Positions 58,428 to 64,000 of a stretch of 64,000 bases of DNA are shown piece after piece. A program made the position numbers and the translations under genes. Each line of letters begins with the position of its first letter. The first letter of the stretch is position 1. The notes under the pieces are model-generated. The model was not told the origin of the DNA. It did not search any database and saw only the letters and a program-made list of their open reading frames with translations. Origin of the DNA: an uncultured Ohtaekwangia sp. (lineage in GTDB: Bacteria; Bacteroidota; Bacteroidia; Cytophagales; Cyclobacteriaceae); contig CAYLWU010000017.1 in assembly GCA_964387475.1 (NCBI GenBank), positions 17,464-81,463 of the forward strand, read 5' to 3'.

Positions 58428-59108
58428 ATGAAAAAATGGGGGCTTTTATTTATCGCGTTTGTTTCTTCGGTTGCGCTTTGGGCGCAGCTATCCGAAACCC
58501 GGGCCGTTGGACCGTTCAAGGGCATAAAATCGGGCGAAGCCATTGATGTGTTCTTGAAAAAAGGTGACAAAGAAAGTGTACGTGTGGAGATGACCGGGGG
58601 TAGCTTAAGCGATGTACTCACCGATGTGGCCGGCTCAACGTTGCGTATCGAAATGCGCAGCGGCACCTATAAAAACAGAGCGGTGAAGGTGTATGTAACG
58701 TATGTAAATCTGGAAAAGCTCTCGGCCAGTTCAGCCTCCAATATTTTCTCTGAAGGGCCGATCAAGACCGGAAACCTCGAGATCAATGCATCCAGCGCCG
58801 CCAATATTGAGATAAGTCTGCAGGCGAACACCGTTTCTGCCGATGTATCCAGCGCGGCGGAGATCATGTTGGAGGGCACGGCCAAATCTTTTCAAGCCGA
58901 TGCAAGCAGTGCCGGTTCGATTGATGCCTATGATTTAATCGCTGACGAGGTAAGTGCGTCTGCCTCCAGCGCCGGCAATATTAAGATTACTGCCAACAAA
59001 GCCATACAGGCGGAAGCTAGTAGCGGGGGAAGTATTCGCTACCGGGGTAACCCTTCGAAAACCAACACGTCTTCGAGTAGCGGCGGTTCGGTGAAGAAAA
59101 GTATTTAA
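58428..59108 (+). CDS. Head GIN (DUF2807) domain exported protein
   Basis: Signal peptide; ETR.V..F..I; repeated ASSA/SSG beta-solenoid; IRYRGNP. Confidence 0.9.
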   Translation: MKKWGLLFIAFVSSVALWAQLSETRAVGPFKGIKSGEAIDVFLKKGDKESVRVEMTGGSLSDVLTDVAGSTLRIEMRSGTYKNRAVKVYVTYVNLEKLSASSASNIFSEGPIKTGNLEINASSAANIEISLQANTVSADVSSAAEIMLEGTAKSFQADASSAGSIDAYDLIADEVSASASSAGNIKITANKAIQAEASSGGSIRYRGNPSKTNTSSSSGGSVKKSI

Positions 59109-59272
59109 AGTTGGCGAAAACCCGGTGAGAGCCGGGTTTTTTGTTTCCGTTTTCTTTCCTCGCTTTGGTACTGCTCGAAGTTTACTAACGCCATATTAAA
59201 ATGCTGATAAAACCGGGGATCAGCTTTCGGCAGGGGATTCCAGGATTTCTGCTTGAAAAGAAAATTGATCAT
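59105..59272 (-). CDS. Candidate small protein (55 aa), possibly frameshifted at the N-terminus
   Basis: MINFLFKQKSWNPLPKADPRFYQHFNMALVNFEQYQSEERKRKQKTRLSPGFRQL; ECF-like promoter upstream; runs through the terminator. Confidence 0.3.
   Translation of the reverse strand: MINFLFKQKSWNPLPKADPRFYQHFNMALVNFEQYQSEERKRKQKTRLSPGFRQL
59117..59142 (+). terminator. Intrinsic terminator after the GIN gene
   Basis: AAAACCCGG-TGAGAG-CCGGGTTTTTT. Confidence 0.8.
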
Positions 59273-59342
59273 GACTTCGATCGTTTTTCATGCTTAGACG
59301 TACAATTTCCTGTTTTAGTTTGTTGATCGGTAAAAAAAATGT

Positions 59343-59780
59343 TTAACTGGTGTGATCGTACACAATTACCCACTGATTGTTCATTTTTTCGAACAAAAGT
59401 GTAAACAATCCGGTGGGAGTGTCGCCCGTGCGGGTTAGTGTGTATCGCCCGGTTACGAGGGCTGCTTGCGGCGTTAGTCCTTTCACAGAATAGATCTCAA
59501 AGGTGAGTTGCCCCATGACTTCTTTTGTGGGATAGTCCCGTTTGTACCGATCTAGGGTAGCCTGCCAGCCGGTAGTGATTTTTGATCCGATGAATTCCAA
59601 CGAGTCGGATTTCCAGTAACCGTTCATAAACGCATCCAACGAATGGTCATTCCAGGCTTTTTCCTGCTCGGCAAGAACACTCCGAATGGCACGGTCATCT
59701 TCATCCGAAAATACCGCGGCCGGGTACCGACCACATCCAAGTACAAAAAAGCAAAATGCTACGATGGACAAGCGTTTCAT
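59343..59780 (-). CDS. NTF2-like (DUF4440) lipoprotein
   Basis: VLGC lipobox; QEKAWN, FMNGYWKSDSL, GLFTL and W.IVYDHTS motifs. Confidence 0.88.
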   Translation of the reverse strand: MKRLSIVAFCFFVLGCGRYPAAVFSDEDDRAIRSVLAEQEKAWNDHSLDAFMNGYWKSDSLEFIGSKITTGWQATLDRYKRDYPTKEVMGQLTFEIYSVKGLTPQAALVTGRYTLTRTGDTPTGLFTLLFEKMNNQWVIVYDHTS

Positions 59781-59843
59781 AGATTCTCAATTTCTCACAA
59801 TTTATTTATTTCAACTCCCTATTTTGCACGGCCGAACCAGCGT

Positions 59844-62291
59844 ATGAAAAAGATTTCGTTTTTAGAGCACGTACTTCCCCACCTCACAGCCGTAGTGGTG
59901 TTTTTTTTTACTACCCTTTTCTTTTTCAATCCAATTTTTTTCGAGAACAAAGCGCTTCAGCAGCATGACATTCAACAATTCATAGGGGCAAGCAAAGAGC
60001 TGCGCGATATTCGCGAGGCCACCGGCGAGGAGGGTTTATGGGCGAACTCCATGTTTAGTGGCATGCCTGCATACCTGGTAAATCTTGACTGGAGCGACGG
60101 GGCGATTGTTACCGTTAAAAAAGTAATGTCGTTGTTTCTTCCCCACCCGGTGGCCAATGTCTTTCTGGCCTTCGTGTCGTATTACATCATGCTACTCACG
60201 TTTCGCATCCGGCCGTGGTTATCCATTGCCGGTGGCCTTGCGTTTGGATTGTCTTCGTTTGTGATCATCGGGCTCGTGGCCGGCCACAACGCCCGCATTG
60301 GTGCCATGGCATTTATGCCGTTGGTAATGGCGGGTGTTCATCTCGTTTTTTCCGGCAAACGGTGGCTGGGTGCCGCTATTACTGCGTTGGGCATGGCGCT
60401 GCATTTGCGCGAAAATCACTTGCAGATGACGTACTACTTGTTACTGATCGTACTCGCCTACGGCTTCGTGCAACTTTGGTCTGCCGTTCGGGCAAAACGT
60501 GCGAAAGAGGTGTTTGTGAATATTGCCGTCTTGGTGCCTGCGGTGGTGGTGGCGGTAGCCACATTTCTGGGGCCCTTGTGGGCAATTACCGAGTACACCC
60601 GTTATTCCATTCGTGGCCCCTCTGAGTTGGGGCGCGGCGTGGGCGCAGAGGCCAGTGGCTTGAGTAAAGCGTATGCGTTTGAATACAGCAACGGGTTGAG
60701 TGAACCTTTCACTCTATTGATTCCGAATTTTCTGGGCGGTGGCACGGCCGATTATCTCGTGCGCAATGAAGCGAGCGAAACCTATAAAGCGCTGGCCACC
60801 TCGCGCGATGAACAAATGGCCAACCAACTGGCCGCGTATTCTTCGGCATATTGGGGCCCGCAATCCAACACGGCACCTTACTACGCCGGGGCGGTAATGG
60901 TTACACTTTTTGTGATTGGAATTGTTTTTGCGCCACGCACATACTTTTATTGGTTAATGCCCCTAAGCCTGTTGGGGGTGGCACTCAGTTGGGGCGATAG
61001 TTTTCCGGGTTTGAATTACTTTTTGTTTGATTACCTGCCCGGCTATAACAAATTCCGCTCGGTAACTTTTGCATTAACGATCGTGCTGTTCTGTTTGCCG
61101 TTACTCGGTCTGCTTGGCTTGGAAGAAATGCTGAAGCAGCCGTTGTCGGACAAGAATCGTACAAAAGCCATCTTCGCTTTGCTTACTGTTCCATTGCTTT
61201 GCTTAATTTTTGCCGTGCTGGGCAATTTTGGCTCCTATTTGCGTGCGGAAGAAACTCAATTGCCCGCTTGGTTTTGGCAGGCATTGAAGAAAGACCGGGT
61301 TCAACTGCTGCAGGCAGACGCGTGGCGCTCGTTTTGGTTCGCGTTGTTGGCCGTGGGTGTGGTTTTTGCCTGCTGGCAAAAGTGGATCAAAGGGAACTGG
61401 GTATTGCCCCTGGCCATGGTGTTGTTGGTGGTGTTGGATTTGAGTTTGATTGACCGCCGGTACCTTACGCCCGACAGCTATCAGCGCAAAACCGCACAGC
61501 GCACGATGGAGGCATCCGAAGCCGATCAGGAGATACTAAAAGATAAAGCCCACTACCGTGTTTTCAACCTGCAAAATCCGTTTAACGAAGCGCGCACATC
61601 CTACTTCCACCATTCGTTGGGCGGCTATCATGGGGCGAAACTCAGAAGGTACCAGGATTTGATTGATTCTGCGATCAACAGCGAGTACAGTCGCTTTATC
61701 GCAAATGCACGCCAGGGTAGTTTTGATCTTGCGGGCTACCCGGTGCTCAACATGCTCAACGCCCGCTATCTTGTTTTTGGTGCCGGTGCAGACAATGTCA
61801 TTGACAATCCGGACGCAAATGGCAACGCGTGGTTTGTGCAGCAGGTGGTTGCCGTAGAGAGCCCGGCGGCCGAGTTGGCGCAGGTAAAAGAAATCAATAG
61901 TAAAACCACCGCGGTGGTGGATGTGTCGAAATTCAAATTGAACGATAAGGCGTTTGAGGTAGACAGCAGCGCCTCCATTCAATTGGTGGAGTACCGCCCC
62001 AACAAGTTGGTGTACCAGGCAACTAACTCAAAGCCGGGCTTTGCGGTGTTTTCGGAAATCTATTATCCAAAAGGCTGGCGTGTAACGGTTGATGGCCAGC
62101 CAGCGGAGCTACTACGTGCAAATTATGTGCTTCGTGCGCTCGCTCTGCCGCCCGGTTCGCACCGGGTTGAAATGGTTTTCGATCCTACTCCTTACCGTGT
62201 AGGCAATCCGGTTTCCGCCGCGGCGGGCTGGTTGGTGGTGGCCATGGTGGCCGCCACGATTGGCATGAGCCTGCGCAAAGAACGAGCCTGA
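59844..62291 (+). CDS. YfhO-family membrane glycosyltransferase (GT-C)
   Basis: WANSMFSGMP, HLQMTYY, YNKFR, SLGGYHGAK and FSEIYYPKGW motifs; start MKKISF. Confidence 0.9.
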   Translation: MKKISFLEHVLPHLTAVVVFFFTTLFFFNPIFFENKALQQHDIQQFIGASKELRDIREATGEEGLWANSMFSGMPAYLVNLDWSDGAIVTVKKVMSLFLPHPVANVFLAFVSYYIMLLTFRIRPWLSIAGGLAFGLSSFVIIGLVAGHNARIGAMAFMPLVMAGVHLVFSGKRWLGAAITALGMALHLRENHLQMTYYLLLIVLAYGFVQLWSAVRAKRAKEVFVNIAVLVPAVVVAVATFLGPLWAITEYTRYSIRGPSELGRGVGAEASGLSKAYAFEYSNGLSEPFTLLIPNFLGGGTADYLVRNEASETYKALATSRDEQMANQLAAYSSAYWGPQSNTAPYYAGAVMVTLFVIGIVFAPRTYFYWLMPLSLLGVALSWGDSFPGLNYFLFDYLPGYNKFRSVTFALTIVLFCLPLLGLLGLEEMLKQPLSDKNRTKAIFALLTVPLLCLIFAVLGNFGSYLRAEETQLPAWFWQALKKDRVQLLQADAWRSFWFALLAVGVVFACWQKWIKGNWVLPLAMVLLVVLDLSLIDRRYLTPDSYQRKTAQRTMEASEADQEILKDKAHYRVFNLQNPFNEARTSYFHHSLGGYHGAKLRRYQDLIDSAINSEYSRFIANARQGSFDLAGYPVLNMLNARYLVFGAGADNVIDNPDANGNAWFVQQVVAVESPAAELAQVKEINSKTTAVVDVSKFKLNDKAFEVDSSASIQLVEYRPNKLVYQATNSKPGFAVFSEIYYPKGWRVTVDGQPAELLRANYVLRALALPPGSHRVEMVFDPTPYRVGNPVSAAAGWLVVAMVAATIGMSLRKERA

Positions 62292-63436
62292 TGCTCACCG
62301 ATCGGATTGCGCAACGCTTTCGTGATGAGTTTGGGCAGGAGCCCATCCTTGTGCGTGCCCCTGGTCGAATCAACCTCATTGGTGAGCATACCGACTACAA
62401 CGAGGGTTTTGTAATGCCCGCAGCCATCGACAAAGCGTTTGTATTTGCCGTTGGTCCCAACACCACCGGGGCTACCCGCGCGATTGCGATCGACCGACGC
62501 GAATCCGCCTCATTTGGGCTCGCGGAGCTAACGCCGGGGCATGGCTGGCAGCATTACCTGATGGGCATGCAGCACGGGTTGCACCAGATTGGCGTACCGT
62601 TTCAAGGCATGAACGTGGTGTTTGGTGGCACCATTCCGGATGGCGCGGGTCTTTCTTCTTCCGCCGCGTTGTGCTGCGGTTTTGGATTCGCAATTAGCGA
62701 AGTGCTGCAACTCCATCTTGCCCGCCTGGGCATCGCCAAATTGGCGCAATATGCAGAGCATGAGTTTGCGGGGGTAAAGTGTGGTATTATGGATCAATAT
62801 GCCAGCCTGTTCGGCAAGGCCGGCCATGCGCTGCAATTGGATTGCCGGTCGGTGGAGCATACCGATGTGCCCTGGAATCCCGACGCGCTACAACTTTTGT
62901 TGGTGGACACAAAGGTAAAGCACGCCCTTGCCGGTACCGCGTACAACGCACGCAGGGCCGCGTGCGAGGCGGCTGTTTACGTGCTGCAATCGCATTACGG
63001 CCAGGTGCAATCACTGCGCGACGTGACCGAACTAATGTTGCTCGAGCACCAGGACGAGTTGGGTGAAGATGTGTTTGTTAAAGCCCGCTATGTGGTGCAG
63101 GAAAACAAACGCCTGCATGCGGCGGCGTTGAGTTTGCAACGTGCGGATTTCGTGGCTTTTGGAAAACTACTCAACCAAACGCATTGGGCTCTGAGTACCG
63201 AATATGAGGTAAGTTGCGAAGAACTCGATTTTTTGATTACCCTGGCGGAAGAAGAAACCGGTGTGCTGGGTGCGCGCATGGTGGGCGGTGGTTTTGGCGG
63301 CTGCACGCTTAACCTGATTCGTAAAGACCGGGTAGACTATTTTCGGGGCCGGGTTTACGAAAAATTTGTTGCGCATTTCGAAAAAGAACCTGACTTTTAT
63401 TCGGTTAACCTTTCAGATGGTGTAAGCCGTTTGTAA
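62291..63436 (+). CDS. galK: Galactokinase
   Basis: APGRINLIGEHTDYN, GAGLSSSAA, CGIMDQ and GARMVGGGFGGC motifs. Confidence 0.97.
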   Translation: MLTDRIAQRFRDEFGQEPILVRAPGRINLIGEHTDYNEGFVMPAAIDKAFVFAVGPNTTGATRAIAIDRRESASFGLAELTPGHGWQHYLMGMQHGLHQIGVPFQGMNVVFGGTIPDGAGLSSSAALCCGFGFAISEVLQLHLARLGIAKLAQYAEHEFAGVKCGIMDQYASLFGKAGHALQLDCRSVEHTDVPWNPDALQLLLVDTKVKHALAGTAYNARRAACEAAVYVLQSHYGQVQSLRDVTELMLLEHQDELGEDVFVKARYVVQENKRLHAAALSLQRADFVAFGKLLNQTHWALSTEYEVSCEELDFLITLAEEETGVLGARMVGGGFGGCTLNLIRKDRVDYFRGRVYEKFVAHFEKEPDFYSVNLSDGVSRL

Positions 63437-63460
63437 AAACAGAAAACCTAAACCTCACCC

Positions 63461-64000
63461 ATGGGATTAAACTACATCGACTATCTGGTATTTGGCGCGT
63501 ATTGTGCTTTGATTCTCGGCATCGGCCTCTGGGTTTCGCGCGATAAAGACGGAAAACAGAAAAATGCAGAAGACTACTTTCTGGCGAGCAAATCATTGCC
63601 CTGGTGGGCGATTGGGGCATCGCTCATTGCTGCAAATATCTCGGCCGAGCAGTTCATCGGGATGTCCGGGTCTGGCTTTGCTATTGGTCTGGCCATTGCC
63701 AGTTACGAGTGGATGGCGGCGGTTACTCTTCTTCTTGTAGGGAAATTCTTTCTTCCCATTTTCATCAACAAAGGTATCTATACCATTCCTGAGTTTGTTG
63801 AAAAACGATTCAGCACCAACCTGAAAACCATTCTTGCGGTATTCTGGATTGCACTATTTGTTTTTGTAAATCTCACCACGGTAATGTACCTGGGCGCACG
63901 TGCCATGGATACCGTCATCGGCACGGGCGATGGTAGTCTGATGATGGTGAGCATTCTTGGTCTGGGCTTGTTTGCGGCCGCATATTCTTTATGGGGTGGC
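63461..64000 (+). CDS. Sodium:solute (sugar) symporter, SSS family (3'-truncated)
   Basis: Hand translation MGLNYIDY...EDYFLASKSLPWWAIGASLIAANISAEQFIGMSGSG...ASYEW; follows galK; not in the ORF track. Confidence 0.93.
   Translation, partial: MGLNYIDYLVFGAYCALILGIGLWVSRDKDGKQKNAEDYFLASKSLPWWAIGASLIAANISAEQFIGMSGSGFAIGLAIASYEWMAAVTLLLVGKFFLPIFINKGIYTIPEFVEKRFSTNLKTILAVFWIALFVFVNLTTVMYLGARAMDTVIGTGDGSLMMVSILGLGLFAAAYSLWGG

Noticed and set aside
58720..59095. Recurrent TCCAGCGC/AGCAGT-type motifs
   Set aside because: They encode the SSA/SSG protein repeats of the GIN beta-solenoid, not a DNA repeat array
1..64000. CRISPR arrays, IS elements, prophage or defence islands
   Set aside because: No repeat-spacer arrays, transposases, integrases or phage genes recognised; manual reading could miss very short elements

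Overview
This is a compact chromosomal window of moderate GC from a Bacteroidota genome, probably Cytophagales-like. That placement rests on gene content (fused E1 alpha/beta, DUF2279-TamB, GIN-domain protein, YfhO, ExbB-X-ExbD-ExbD) and on repeated TAnnTTTG -7 promoter boxes. No mobile elements, integrases or CRISPR arrays are evident. The window holds surface-glycan genes, ruvC, tatD/ansA, tRNA-Ser(GGA), an ExbB/ExbD motor locus, amn, ald, RNase P RNA, tamB, tsaD, smpB, a two-component-linked MacAB-like ABC exporter, a carotenoid/photolyase cluster, Lhr helicase/PdeM split by a PiT transporter, yfhO, galK and a partial sodium:sugar symporter. The most notable signals are regulatory and were read from intergenic DNA. 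(1) A probable two-tier light-response circuit in which a B12-binding CarH/LitR-type MerR repressor controls an ECF sigma factor, which in turn controls photoprotection genes. It has a readable operator (TTGTYYAA-N16-TTRAACAA, two strong copies and one degenerate copy) and a candidate ECF promoter (AAC-N14/15-GTTGTT). (2) A second ECF-type motif, TGCAAC-N16/17-(C/A)GTCTT, plus 20-bp-phased enhancer palindromes at the exporter locus. (3) Small ORFs missing from the ORF track: a 38-aa lipoprotein, a 58-aa DUF6435-like protein and a possible frameshifted sORF. All functional links are inferences made without database searches.
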